DNA of 63,927 bases, filler included, from Octopus bimaculoides (taxonomy: Eukaryota): NCBI RefSeq assembly GCF_001194135.2. It is 5 parts of 5 records of this genome, joined end to end, with 100 filler letters (N's around TTAATTAATTAA, not from the genome) between each part and the next. Parts side by side here need not be neighbours in the genome. Positions count along the whole stretch, not along the records: positions 1 to 24,915 come from NC_068994.1; 4 more parts are not named here. One strand, given 5' to 3'. Positions within the stretch are counted from its first letter, which is position 1; each line of letters opens with the position of its first letter. The position numbers were made by a program, and so were the translations under genes. Positions 1 through 12,649 of the stretch are shown piece by piece. The notes beneath the pieces were generated by a model. It was not told the DNA's origin and ran no database searches. It was given only the letters and a program-made list of their open reading frames with translations.

Positions 1-60
1 CGACACTATAGTCTGTGCAGCCTATAAGTGTAGATTGTATAAGTGCCAATATAGGATTAT

Positions 61-99
61 TACTAATAATAATAAGAATAATAATAATAATAATAATAA

Positions 100-130
<31 letters not shown>

Positions 131-212
131 AAGAAGAAGAAGAAGAAGAAGAACAACAACAACAACAACAACAGCAACAACAACAACAACAACAACAACA
201 ATAACAATAATA
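61..212. repeat. Compound trinucleotide microsatellite (AAT)n-(AAG)n-(AAC)n
   Basis: Directly visible; explains the homopolymeric ORFs at 15-319. Confidence 0.97.
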
Positions 213-786
213 AAAGTAGGAGAAGTTTTGTGAGCACACACAGTAGTAAGGATGGAAACAGAGCATATAGATGGAATTGTAATAAAGATGTAAGCGGCGG
301 CTGGGAATCTGCCACCTAGACCTAGGAACAATTCAGTATAGATTGGATGAATAAGAGAAATGGAACGGGTAATATAGTACAGTACAATACAGCCAATTGT
401 TAGATCTCTAAATAGGATATATGTGCATGACTCTACCATAATAAGGATAGATATGAAATTAAAATAGGAACTGGGAATAAGATAACAAACTAAGGAGTAT
501 AGTAAGAAGAGATGAGGTCCAAATCTCAGTATAAAACCCATGGAAGATAATGATAATAGCAAAGAATGGTAATATATTGAAATATTACTGAATATATCAG
601 TGAAGGAGCTTGAAAAGATTCCTAGGAGCAAGGATTTCTGGAGAGGATTCCCTTAGCCCAATAATGAGACACAGTAATAATGTAAAATAAAATAATAGCA
701 ATGATAACCTCCCAGGGGCAACAAAAATGATCTACATATCGGGGATAATCACTAAAATAAAGAAACATTGAAAAATAAATTAATAA

Positions 787-818
<32 letters not shown>

Positions 819-1829
819 AATAAATTAATCTAGTAGACATTCACAGGAGAGCGGTAGCAATTGAAAAGATTAAGGAGTTACCTCCCCTGTATATAGTAAA
901 CAAAATAGATAAAGGCAGCATGGCGNNNNNNNNNNNNNNNNNNNNNNNNNNNNNNNNNNNNNNNNNNNNNNNNNNNNNNNNNNNNNNNNNNNNNNNNNNN
1001 NNNNNNNNNNNNNNNNNNNNNNNNNNNNNNNNNNNNNNNNNNNNNNNNNNNNNNNNNNNNNNNNNNNNNNNNNNNNNNNNNNNNNNNNNNNNNNNNNNNN
1101 NNNNNNNNNNNNNNNNNNNNNNNNNNNNNNNNNNNNNNNNNNNNNNNNNNNNNNNNNNNNNNNNNNNNNNNNNNNNNNNNNNNNNNNNNNNNNNNNNNNN
1201 NNNNNNNNNNNNNNNNNNNNNNNNNNNNNTATGTTCATATATTGATATCTCCACAATATATTGGTATGATAAAACATGTAATCGTTACCAAAATAGCAAA
1301 AATTCGTCCACAAAGGTCTATAGTAAACTCCTTATGGATCGATCTCCTTGGTTATATATAAAAAAATTTTAATAAGAGTTTTTACGCTAATATCCATTAT
1401 ATTAAAGTTTATTACCTATGTCAACAGTTCTGTATAAGGTCAAAATTCAACTCTCAATTCAAGTTAAATAAGTAAATTACCTTACACATCCTCGGGGTAA
1501 TAGGTAAAAAGTAAACACCAAAAAATTTATATTCTCTAGGTATGATTCATATTCAAATTCCTCCTTAAATGAGAGTCTCTCATAATATTATTAATAATTA
1601 TAAACAATCAAGTATTACAAATTATTGATTCCTGGTAATAAATTCTAAACTAATGGAAATGTGTATTATATTATCACCAGAAACTTTAGTAAATAAATAC
1701 AATATACACTTTTATTATTAGTGATAAAATTATATATTTAATATATCCTGTCTTTAAAACCGATATTATATTATAATACCCGATCATAATGAAATTTATA
1801 ATTCATTTAAACCAGAAAAATGTATGTCT

Positions 1830-2878
1830 AAGAAAATGGCTACATCTGAAAACATTGTATGTGAGTTTATTTATTGACTTACCCTTAGAGAATAATATAA
1901 AAAATAATTCTAGATCACACAGCGAGCAATATTTCTTACCTTTGTCATAAGGGAAAGTCTTTCCAATAATTGACCATTCTAACGAATATTATTTTTTTGT
2001 TCCTTCAGTTCCCAAATGAATTTACTAAGACTAGTACTCGCTACTTTACTTCTATCTCTAAAAGTATTATAATGATTCGATATTCGTTTACAAATTTGTC
2101 CCGAAGAACAACCCACGTATATGCTAACATCTGTTTAAGTCGTTACCTTACATTGATAAACTATATTCTTCGATCTCACATTTGGACCTTCAAACTTCAA
2201 TCTTCTGGGGTTAACCTCTGTTACTGTAATCATAGTACGATTATTATTATTATTATTTATATCAGGGTTCTCATCCCTACCCTCCCCAATTTCCTTTGAT
2301 TTAAGTATTTTAAAATTATGAGCTGCAATTATTTGGGCTAAGTTCTTAGTGTTTGAGAAACCAAACCTAATGCTGTGTGTATTAATAATTTTACCATAGT
2401 GTGAATTCTATGGGAAATATCTACTTATCACCTCTCTAAACTGTGCAATCGAATTAGATTTAGCATTTCTACCAAAAGGGACTATGAACCATATATTATC
2501 ATCTTTAGTGTTATCACAGTCATTTGTATAATTCTTAAAAAATTTTAAAATACATATGTTACGTTTATGAATATCTCTGGGTTTATTTTCCTTATTTCCT
2601 CTTAGTTTATTCTTATACTTATTATTCTTATAATTCATATCTGTCTTAATGTTGTTACGATCAGGTTCAACATAGTAAACCTTCTCTTTGTATCCTGCCC
2701 TATTTAATGCCGAATTATAGAATTGAGCTTCATTACCAAAAATCCTATCATTTGCAGATAACTTAGAAAGTCTTAAAGAAATATTTCTTACTAAATTATC
2801 GGTAATCTTTCTAGGATGATTACTCCACTTACTGATATATATATCAGTAAGGTAATTTACTTATTTAACTTGAATTGA
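1830..2878 (-). mobile_element. Degenerate Penelope-like element: RT thumb, linker and C-terminal GIY-YIG endonuclease
   Basis: Manual minus-strand translation gives SNHPRKITDNLVRNISLRLSKLSANDRIFGNEAQFYNSALNRAGY, NIWFIVPFGRNAKSN (ORF 2408-2638), KNIVYQCKV..SIYVGCSSGQICKRISNHYNTF and WSIIGKTFPYDKGKKYCSLCDLE. These are typical PLE motifs, with stops. Confidence 0.8.
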
Positions 2879-3783
2879 GAGNNNNNNNNNNNNNNNNNNN
2901 NNNNNNNNNNNNNNNNNNNNNNNNNNNNNNNNNNNNNNNNNNNNNNNNNNNNNNNNNNNNNNNNNNNNNNNNNNNNNNNNNNNNNNNNNNNNNNNNNNNN
3001 NNNNNNNNNNNNNNNNNNNNNNNNNNNNNNNNNNNNNNNNNNNNNNNNNNNNNNNNNNNNNNNNNNNNNNNNNNNNNNNNNNNNNNNNNNNNNNNNNNNN
3101 NNNNNNNNNNNNNNNNNNNNNNNNNNNNNNNNNNNNNNNNNNNNNNNNNNNNNNNNNNNNNNNNNNNNNNNNNNNNNNNNNNNNNNNNNNNNNNNNNNNN
3201 NNNNNNNNNNNNNNNNNNNNNNNNNNNNNNNNNNNNNNNNNNNNNNNNNNNNNNNNNNNNNNNNNNNNNNNNNNNNNNNNNNNNNNNNNNNNNNNNNNNN
3301 NNNNNNNNNNNNNNNNNNNNNNNNNNNNNNNNNNNNNNNNNNNNNNNNNNNNNNNNNNNNNNNNNNNNNNNNNNNNNNNNNNNNNNNNNNNNNNNNNNNN
3401 NNNNNNNNNNNNNNNNNNNNNNNNNNNNNNNNNNNNNNNNNNNNNNNNNNNNNNNNNNNNNNNNNNNNNNNNNNNNNNNNNNNNNNNNNNNNNNNNNNNN
3501 NNNNNNNNNNNNNNNNNNNNNNNNNNNNNNNNNNNNNNNNNNNNNNNNNNNNNNNNNNNNNNNNNNNNNNNNNNNNNNNNNNNNNNNNNNNNNNNNNNNN
3601 NNNNNNNNNNNNNNNNNNNNNNNNNNNNNNNNNNNNNNNNNNNNNNNNNNNNNNNNNNNNNNNNNNNNNNNNNNNNNNNNNNNNNNNNNNNNNNNNNNNN
3701 NNNNNNNNNNNNNNNNNNNNNNNNNNNNNNNNNNNNNNNNNNNNNNNNNNNNNNNNNNNNNNNNNNNNNNNNNNNNNNNNNNN

Positions 3784-3832
<49 letters not shown>

Positions 3833-3954
3833 ATGTGCATACACACGCGGGAACACACACACACGGACGCGCGCGCGCCTATGCATGGTTCGAAACCTTC
3901 AGCTTATATACCCAAAATATAAATTCCCATTTATACTAATAATAATTGGTGCAC

Positions 3955-4230
3955 TTGGTTTTGTAAGTGAAAGCCTAAGTGACAATTTGGAAAGCCTGGG
4001 GTTTTCCTATAAACCAGATAACCAGCTACCATGCGTATTACAAATACAACTTGAAAGTTGAAGAGTAAAATTATGCGACAAGACTTTTCTCAAGTTCAAA
4101 ATGTGGTATTATTTTTTTATCTATATTCCAAAGACGGAGCTTTATTTCTTTGTTAGAAACAAGCGACTTTCTTAGAGGAAGACTTCAAATAATTAAAATC
4201 AAAAGAGGACTTAAAAGCAGAAGAGGACAT
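3955..4230 (+). mobile_element. 3' end of an RLE-type non-LTR retrotransposon, ending in (CATA)n
   Basis: Translates to LSDNLESLGFSYKPDNQLPCVLQIQ..CDKTFLKFKM, similar to the C-terminus of the 6.3-7.3 kb element (LNTNLEKLGFSKP..LQIQ..CKTFQKF). A short UTR follows, then (CATA)n. Confidence 0.6.
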
Positions 4231-4544
4231 ACATACATACATACATACATACATACAGATAAATGCATGTGTGTTGGAAGTTGTAGGCTACAGTTTGCTC
4301 GTGTTGTTCAAATTTTGCTTAAGCTAAGTAAATTTTTCTGAAGTTAGTTATTTTGAATACTGTATATCCCAATATTAATACCTTACCTCTATTTCGTTTC
4401 AATCGAGCATCGATACATATGGTATCCTCTTCACAGCAAAGCTTGTAGTATCTGATTATTATTGAAGTGTTGAAATAGTTAATATCAGTACACACAGGCG
4501 CATACACCTGTACGCGCACAAATACACATGCGCTCGTACACACA

Positions 4545-4588
<44 letters not shown>

Positions 4589-4958
4589 TACACACACACG
4601 CATATATATGCATACATGCATACATATATGTGTGTATGTGTGTGTGTAGATATATATATATATATATATATACACGCACACTCACTCACACACACATCGA
4701 TGTGAGAAAGGACACTTAAAAGATGTATGAGTATGTATGTGGGTGTGTGCGTCTGTGCATTTGAGTGTTTAAATATGTACGCATATAGATCTTGGTTAAT
4801 TGAAAAGTATATGCATATGTCAATCACACACACACATATGCACACAATGTGTCTATACATATATAGACACATTCACATACACGTGATGAAACAATTAGAA
4901 AATAGTGGGGGGGGACAGATGAATGGAGTGATAGATTATATACACATATTTGAACACG

Positions 4959-5005
<47 letters not shown>

Positions 5006-5074
5006 ATACATACATACATACATACATACATACGCACACACATACAAACACACACACACATACAAACACACACA

Positions 5075-5105
<31 letters not shown>

Positions 5106-5395
5106 TTATGTGTGAGTGTTTTACTTTTCAGAGTTATTACATCACGGCTATACTGGGACAGAACCATGATGGGTCTCGCTGATCACATCAATGCCACTAC
5201 TTATTTTAAGTCAAGCACTTATTCTATCGGTTTCTTTTGGACGAACAACTAAGTTACGGTTATGTAAACAAACAAACATCGGTTGTCACGCAGTGAGAGA
5301 TAAACACAAAAGCGCATACGCACACGCACAACATCTATCAATATATCTTTTCTTCTGCTCTTCTCTCTCCCCCACTTCCTCTATGTGTCTGTCTG

Positions 5396-5481
<86 letters not shown>

Positions 5482-5485
<4 letters not shown>

Positions 5486-5931
5486 GAATACAAGCGCTAA
5501 GTAGTGATGTGCTTAAATGGTAACTTATCAGTTCAAATATACTTGAGGCATATTCGAACCCGTAAGAAAACCATTCACTGTATTTTGGTATGAAGAAAAA
5601 TTCTCACTGTAGACAAATAGGTGTGAACACGGGTTCAAAACAGCCTCTAACCTGACTGGTTGATTTATGCATCTCGGAGTGGTTGTCTACTCTTCAGTGT
5701 CAGATACCGGAAAGGGGGACGTTACGAACGGACAAGAGATAGTTATTTCTTATATTCTTGTAATCGTACTGTGACTGGTTGTGCTAATCGATAAATAAAA
5801 TACGGAATAGAAGCGCTAAGCAGTGGTGAGCATAAATACAAACTTGTTACCAGTTAGTTCAAATATGCCCCAAGCATATCTGAACTCGTAAGAAAGTCAT
5901 TCTCTGTATTTTGTCATGGAGAAAAATTCTC
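5482..5931. repeat. Diverged ~130-bp direct duplication (5482-5608 and 5801-5931)
   Basis: Both copies begin TACGGAATA(C/G)AAGCGCTAAG and end near TGTATTTTG..GAAAAATTCTC. Each has a central imperfect hairpin. Confidence 0.75.
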
Positions 5932-6299
5932 GTTTCTCCACCACGAGAATATATATATATAAAGTTAGCAAAATAGAATTTAGTTTGGTATGAACAGTTT
6001 TGTCAACGTTGTCACTTCGGAAGATATTACGTTTTTTCAACTACTACTAAACAAATATAAAATATCCTGTATTTAACTACATTGAATAATCTGAGTGGAA
6101 GATCCATTCTTCATGTGAACAGAGGTATATATATACACGCTTAAAAATAAGCATACCTACCTACCTACCTACTCTACCTACCTACCTACCTACCTACCTA
6201 CCTACCTAACTACCTACCTACCAACCTACCTACCTACCTAACTACATACATACATACATACATACATACACACATACATGCATACATACATAAATACAA

Positions 6300-7285
6300 A
6301 GCTCCAAGATGATGGTAACATCGATCATGAAAGCAGATATCATGGACCGATAGTCGGATTACTACCTCCCACTTTGAAGGGTATGCATTTGCAATCCAGG
6401 AACAGGAAATATCAATAAAGTACCTGATGCACAAAAGAGACAGGGGTGCAGGAAAAGTAGTAAAATGTGACAACTGATGCAGATTTTGTGGAGTTCACAC
6501 TAACGACATCACCCACATCATAAGCAGTTGTCCGTAAATGTCATCATGGTATTATGTACCGATGAGACATGATGTTGCAGCTAGAACACTTTATAATGAA
6601 ATCCGTCGGAAAGATAACCCCGAGGACAAAGAAATAAGAATCCACAGTATGGTAGAAGCCATAGCCACTCATAATAAAAAGAAATACTTGTGGAATGTCC
6701 CAGTGAAAACCTCAATAAAATGTAAGCACAACAGACCTGATATAATGATTTGGGATAGAGAAGAGAAACTGTGTAGAGTTGTGGAAATTAGCTGCCCTGC
6801 GGATGTTAACATAAAGTGAAGATCAATGAAAAAGAGAATACATACGGTGAGCTATTGAGAAATCTGCAGTTACTCTATCCAGATCACAAGTTCAAGTTTA
6901 TACCTGTAATTATTAGGGCCCTGAGATATGCAAAACACTGCCTAAATACCAATCTTGAGAAATTAGGCTTCTCAAAACCAGAAGAGAGAAAGCTAATTTG
7001 AAGACTACAGATCCAATCCATCACTGGAACTGTATAATATGTAAAACTTTCCAGAAGTTTATCATTTAAATATATATGAGCATATCTTGATATGTAACTA
7101 TACGTATGAGAATACATATATAAAGCAAAACATACAAATATGCACATATACATACATGCATGCATACAAACAAAGATACCTTGTTGCTGATATTGAAATT
7201 CTAATGAAGGAGCCTTGAATTTAGATTAGAAACCGACTCTTTCTCTATTAGCAAGTAATCTTGAAATAAAAGTGAACAATGACAT
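6300..7285 (+). mobile_element. 5'-truncated RLE-endonuclease non-LTR retrotransposon (R2/R4/CRE-group-like), flanked by CATA-type repeats
   Basis: TSHFEGYAFAIQEQEI, CCHC knuckle CRFCGVHTNDITHIISSC, RHD motif and endonuclease HNRPDIMIWD..EISCPADVN (ORFs 6538-6819 and 6816-7001). Contains stops; the 3' UTR ends in ACATACATA. Confidence 0.88.
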
Positions 7286-7349
7286 ACATATATACTGCAT
7301 GAAGCCATCAACATCAGACGACCAAGTGTAGATAACCGTATAAACATGT

Positions 7350-7530
7350 CTTTACGAACATGCTTACAATTTCTATATTTAAGAGATGAGGAATAATGTA
7401 CATTATTTACATTTGACGGATATTTGTCCTCATCTTGTTTGTTGTTAACACAACGTTTAGGCTGATATACCCTACTGGGGAAATTTCGAAACTGGGTTTG
7501 CATTCCTAAGGTTTTTTATGTTGTTGTTGT
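7350..7530 (-). mobile_element. Fragment of the same PLE-type terminal repeat family as 53451-53822 (hammerhead CUGAUGA core deleted in this copy)
   Basis: Shares TATTTACATTT.A.GGATATTTGTCCTCATC..GTTTGTTGTTAACACAAC.TTT.GGCTGATATACCCT and ATTCCTAAGG with 53451-53580. Confidence 0.75.
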
Positions 7531-7539
7531 TGTTATTTT

Positions 7540-8235
7540 GAGCGGGGCGGCATGTTTCGCCTTTGTATAACCTACCACAGCTGCATAGGATGGAGTACAC
7601 GCAGTTCTTAGTCATATTCTCTTCTATTGGTGGTTTTACTCGCAGGAGATATTTGCGAAGTGCTGTATTACTTTTGAATACTGTCCTGATGTCATACGTG
7701 CCGCATATCTTTTGTATCTTTTCAGAGAGGCCTTTCACATAGAGTAGACAGACTGTGGACAGTTTATCGGTTTCATCCTCTTTTTTCTTCATAATTGGAG
7801 TGGGGAGTATGCTTTTGGGGTAGTTGTTGCTTAATAGATTGTTATTGAGCTTCATCATTTCTTCGGGATGGGTATCACGATCGCTACTTATATTCATTGC
7901 TCGATGTTTTAGGCACTGAGCAATCCCTCTCTTTACACTGTATGGATGGTGGGAGTTGAAGTTGAGGTATCGTCCAGTAAAGGTCGGCTTGCGGTATACG
8001 GATGTCCTGAATCCATACTTGGTACCTGTTATTAATACGTCCAGGAATGCTAGCTGATTGTCTTTTTCTTTTTCCATTGTGAACTGTATGGATGGCTTTA
8101 TTGAGTTCACATGATGATCTGACAGCACTTGGACATCTTCCTGGTGGGGCCAGAGTATGAAGGTGACATCACCATATCGCAGCCATAGGGTTGGTTTTAG
8201 TGGTGAAGGCCAATATATTGGCTATTATCGGTGAT
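7540..8235 (-). mobile_element. Penelope/Poseidon-like element: RT C-terminal part plus start of GIY-YIG
   Basis: ORF 7472-8128: IQFTMEKEKDNQLAFLDVLI..TSVYRKPTFTGRYLNFNSHHP..NCVYSILCSCGRLYKGET. Upstream WLRYGDVTFILW is a decayed YVDD motif. Confidence 0.92.
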
Positions 8236-8239
8236 AATG

Positions 8240-8790
8240 GAAAACCCATAGCTCAACCCTCTTCTTGTTGATATATATCAGTGTCCATACTGACCTCTAC
8301 CCCCACCCTCAGCCTAACCCACACCCCACCCATGCTTTCCCCACTCTCGCCTCCCCCACCTCCCAACACCTTCACATCACACCACGCTACACCATATCAC
8401 ACAACACATCACATCACAACGCACACACCAGCACTGACCAATTCCCATCCCCATAATTTCACACCTTCACACCTACATACACACATGCCTACGTTAAGAT
8501 CACCAGCATTCTCTCACATACACGCACCTTCGTTTTGGGATCACTACTTTTTTGTTATCTTCCCTTCTTCTGAACTCTCCTGTGTGATCCTTCTGTCCGG
8601 CATTCGCCATGATAGAACGCTGACCACTACACATATATTTTTTTCTCTCCTTGTTTCTTTCTGTGTTCCTTTCTGTTGAAGAGCGTAGGCTCGAAACGTT
8701 AAAGACTTTCTCTATTCCCGAGCGTTATACTAATATATCCATTTGTTTTTTACACGACCTGTCTTCGTGTGTTGTTTTTTCGTGAATTCT
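8240..8790 (+). mobile_element. Non-autonomous PLE-type insert carrying a hammerhead motif, splitting the Poseidon-like RT
   Basis: 8600-8790 is homologous to 62575-62810 (rc) and 49420-49535 (rc). It lies between two collinear RT pieces. Confidence 0.65.
8669..8704 (+). ncRNA. Minimal type I hammerhead ribozyme motif (A6U variant)
   Basis: CTTT-CTGTTGA-A-GAGC-GTAG-GCTC-GAAAC-GTT-AAAG: stem I CTTT/AAAG, stem II GAGC/GCTC, palindromic ACGT helix III. Confidence 0.6.
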
Positions 8791-8799
8791 TCCATACTG

Positions 8800-9035
8800 A
8801 AGTAAGTAGTTCTACACAGGTCAACATTTCCCTCAAGTTTCTTATTTGTTAACTAGTGCGTTTTTTAGACGGGTGTCTGTCACTAGTTTTCCTTGAATCA
8901 CCGATAGTGCTTCACCACTTGGGACTTTGGTGAACAGGCTTATCACATCTAGACTCACTATCTGGTTGGATTCAATAGGGGTATCCTTAATCAATTCTGT
9001 GAAGTGGGTGGAATTATTCAATACGATGTTGACTT
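8800..9035 (-). mobile_element. Upstream RT segment of the Poseidon-like PLE
   Basis: VNIVLNNSTHFTELIKDTPIESNQIVSLDVISLFTKVP (PLE RT motif SLDVxSLFTxVP); same strand and collinear with 7540-8235. Confidence 0.8.
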
Positions 9036-9052
9036 TCCTGCTAATGGACTGA

Positions 9053-9325
9053 TTATATCCTGCAGCTCATTTTGCCGTAGTTCTTCACCAGGGTCTCAAC
9101 AAGCTTCACATAGTTTTCGGCTTTGTGATTCTCCAGAAAGCTCCGAACTACTGCGACAAAGCTGTTCCACGCTGCCTTCTCTGTCCTAATGAGATTCTTT
9201 GAGAATTTCTTGCACTCAATGATCTTCTTTATTTGTGGTACGACGAAGACGCTGGCTTTAACTTGCCCCGGACAGTTTGGGAAAGAAGTCTTAAAGTACT
9301 TGAAGAGCTGTGACAAATTGTTTGA
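9053..9325 (-). mobile_element. DNA transposase fragment, CMC/Chapaev3-like
   Basis: ORF 9053-9316 FKYFKTSFP..SVFVVPQIKKII..EKAAWNSFVAVVRSFLENHKAENYVKLV resembles the KFP..EGIFVGPQIR..EKAAW.SF..VV.NFLGNHKAENY motif I recall from Chapaev3 transposases. The family assignment is from memory. Confidence 0.6.
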
Positions 9326-9554
9326 AACATCTAGAAATTACTAGAAAACTCTGTTTCAGCAATACAGCGTTGAATCTGTCTGAAATATAATTGAAAATAG
9401 GTCAGTTTAAAAACATTGAAGTTCAGGTCACAAAAGCAGACTGATTTCTAGATAAAAACAAATAGGAAATAACACTTTCTGACCAACGACAAATTTTTTA
9501 AAATTTTGTTACGTAATGTAATGAGAAAACACCTGGAAGATATCTAACAGTTGG

Positions 9555-9850
9555 ATACTGGTACAAGCGGCCGACTTTCTGCAGAAAGCCTTTAATATGA
9601 ATATTCAAAAGAACAATAGCAGATCAGATTGACATATCAAATTAGATTACTATTGCTAGAGTACGGACGAATCTTGTAGCCAAGAATGAAACCATCGTGT
9701 TGGTAGAAAATTATAGGCCCATTGTTTTCCTAAGCATGATGTATAAGCTTTACACAAGATGTCTCAACCAATTCCTTCAATATCATTGTGAGACCAACAA
9801 TAGACTGACTTCATGAGTTGGCAGGTAAAGGAAGGAAGTTTGAGGATGTG
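9555..9850 (+). mobile_element. Fragment of an R2/R4-type reverse transcriptase N-terminal region
   Basis: RTNLVAKNET..LVENYRPIVFLSMMYKLYTRCLNQFLQYHCETNN, matching the NYRPIxCLxxxYKxxT motif. Confidence 0.75.
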
Positions 9851-10289
9851 CTGAACAACTTTTGATGAACAAAGCTGAACTGTCCGAAGTAAGAAAATAC
9901 CACAGAAACCTTGTACCAATATGCCTTGGTTACAGGAAATCATTCAACTTTATTCCCCACTCAAAGTCTCTGCATTTAGCAATAGTACTTGCTACTTTAG
10001 TCACTACCAAAGGCCTAAGCAACAACTCTCACATTTACATTTGAGAGCGGGGCGAGCATCAGTGATGATATAAATATTTCGAAAGGAATATTTTAAGATG
10101 GTTTTTCTATAATTTTGTTTCATTCAAATTAAATTATTTCTGTCACAAAAATCCAATGTTTTTCCCCCCTTCAATCACGTATAGAAATATATTCAATAGG
10201 AATGCTGTGGAATTTATCGAACATTATAACGACTCTTAAAGTGAAGAAAAAAAATTGAACACCTTCAAGGTGAGGAAACACATTAGCTT

Positions 10290-10790
10290 TTATTCTGGGA
10301 ATATAACAATCTAGGTTCACTTTTAATGAAACACATATATCTAGTCAGGGTAAATAGAGTGATAGTATCTCATTGTTTTATGTAGGAATAGCATAAATCC
10401 TAATACAATAAATAGGAACTCTAATAAGTATAGGCCAAGTGAAATGTGTAACTAGAAAGCTCAGCAAGTGCCCCTTTGATAATCAATGTCCATAGGAAAA
10501 TATAATATATAAATATTCTGCAATAACACCTGGAAGTGTATTTTACTAGATAATCACTTCTGATACAAAACGTAAGGTCAGATTCTTTCTAATACAGAAT
10601 AAAAGAAAACGTTACATCACTAGTCATGTTCACTTGCGCCTCAAGGCAAATATTGTTAACTATTCTATCTCTTGGTCTATCATAGGTAGCGCTCTTCCGT
10701 ATAGTGGTACCGGTTCAAAATTCAATTTATGCCAACTTAATTAACAAAAACAATGAACTTTTGGTATGGTAAAACATTTTTAGTATTTTC
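10290..10790 (+). mobile_element. Degenerate PLE GIY-YIG fragment (same type as 1830-2878)
   Basis: CPFDNQC..ENIIYKY and YSISWSIIGSALPYSGTGSKFNLCQL..INKNNELL; many stops and frameshifts. Confidence 0.6.
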
Positions 10791-12388
10791 AATCAAAAAT
10801 CCCAAATGATTACCTTACCTGAGTACAAATTCAATACCTAAGTTACATTATTATACATTTTCGATCTTAATCGATCCACAATTTAATATTGTAAATAATC
10901 CCAGATTTGAATTAATTCAATACTTAAGTCACTTATAAAATCTACTCACAAAATATTTTTATAAGTACATCTTTTCTCACTATTTCCAAGTTTAATCCGA
11001 CTTTCCAATCTTGAGTCCGTAATTATCGCATCCAACGTAATTCAGTTTAATCTTTTTTATGAATATGGTTTTTTAATGGAATTCAGTTTATTATTTGTAA
11101 ACCTGAAATTTCTCAAATGTTTTGGTGAAGCAATTTATTACCTTCTCTACCTTCTCTCTTTTACACTCGGCTGACCTTAGACAACAAACCTCATTTTCTT
11201 CCTTAAACAGACTGATTGATACAGACATTAAACAACCATTACTATTCTTAAAAGTTTTTCTTACAGACTTAACTTCACTAACATTTCATAACATCAATAT
11301 CTCTCAACAATATGGATCTTGCCATAAAGATAATAAATAAAGTCTTATATATCAACTATCAGCTATCTCCTTCAACCGATTTTGCATGTGACTGTCTTCC
11401 ATAACTTTAACAGATGCTTTTGAGCTCGCTGATGAGAATGGTTTGGAAGATGACAGTTCCATAAATTGGTTGACTGATTGATTAAGCATGCAAACAATGG
11501 TATGTAATGGATACAACGAATCAGTTGAAACATTTGTAAATAAAGTATTATACAAATATAAACTTTCATTCTTTGATTACTGTTATAGACTGTGATTAAT
11601 ATACAAGGTTATTAATTGTTGAGTAACTTAAGATTTACAGTTTGTACCTGTCATGTATAAATAACCTATATGGATTATTATACTCTCTATTGCAGATTCT
11701 GTTAGCCGACTTTATAGCTTGGAGTGCTCACCGAGGTATTCACCTGGATCTATTTGAGCTTCAGTTGTCAATCACATTTAACAACTGTAGTGAAATGACT
11801 GAATTTTCTTTGGATATATGGGTCTCGATATATTGGTAAGATGATAGACTGCCTGTTGTCCCATAAATAAACCAAATACAACTAATTTAAATAACATTTA
11901 TTTTTACAGAAGTATATTACAATATTTACATTTTTGCATTGTTGTTTGTCAGTGTTGTGCTACATGCAAATGTAATTTATACTTTCATTAATAATGCGAT
12001 GGAACTACTGGAACATGATTAAACATTCTGTAATCGGGGCCCGATGTTCCAGCAAACTAATTGGAACATCAGAACATGTCGCCTGATCTAAGTATGGCCT
12101 GATCCTAGTTACTAAAGCTGCGACAGTCCAACTCCAGGCTTTACTACAAAATCAAAAGTTTTTGATGAACGCAGTAACGCAGTTGACATTGACAGCGCTT
12201 ATTCATAAAAACATTCTAATCAATCAGAGACACTGATAGAGAATTCGGTTACAATCAGATGTTGAGAAACATCTGATATTACAAACCTTAGATATTTTTA
12301 AAGGAAAGTAACTGCAAATCTAGATTCATAATAATATCAATATTACAACAGGTTTTGGATAAAATTAAATTTAGATAATCTTCTTCTT

Positions 12389-12491
<103 letters not shown>

Positions 12492-12649
12492 CCATTTATC
12501 TTCTCATTCTTCTTCTTTTTCACTTGAATCGTATAATGGGAATATTACAAACATTTTCTCAGCCGCATATTTCGAAATGATTGCTTTATGACACAGACAT
12601 TTTGGCCCCAAATTTGTTACCAATGTACTTGCATTCTTGTAGGGTATTA

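Noticed and set aside
300-840. Possible decayed retroelement coding remnant
   Set aside because: No motif was recoverable with confidence.
1830-2878. Selenoprotein-encoding (Naiad-type) PLE
   Set aside because: The endonuclease is C-terminal here and the stops are mixed types, consistent with decay rather than UGA recoding.
7195-7250. CTAATGAAGG..GAAACCG in the 3' UTR of the RLE element as a hammerhead
   Set aside because: The core is mutated and the stems are weak in this single copy; a consensus is needed.
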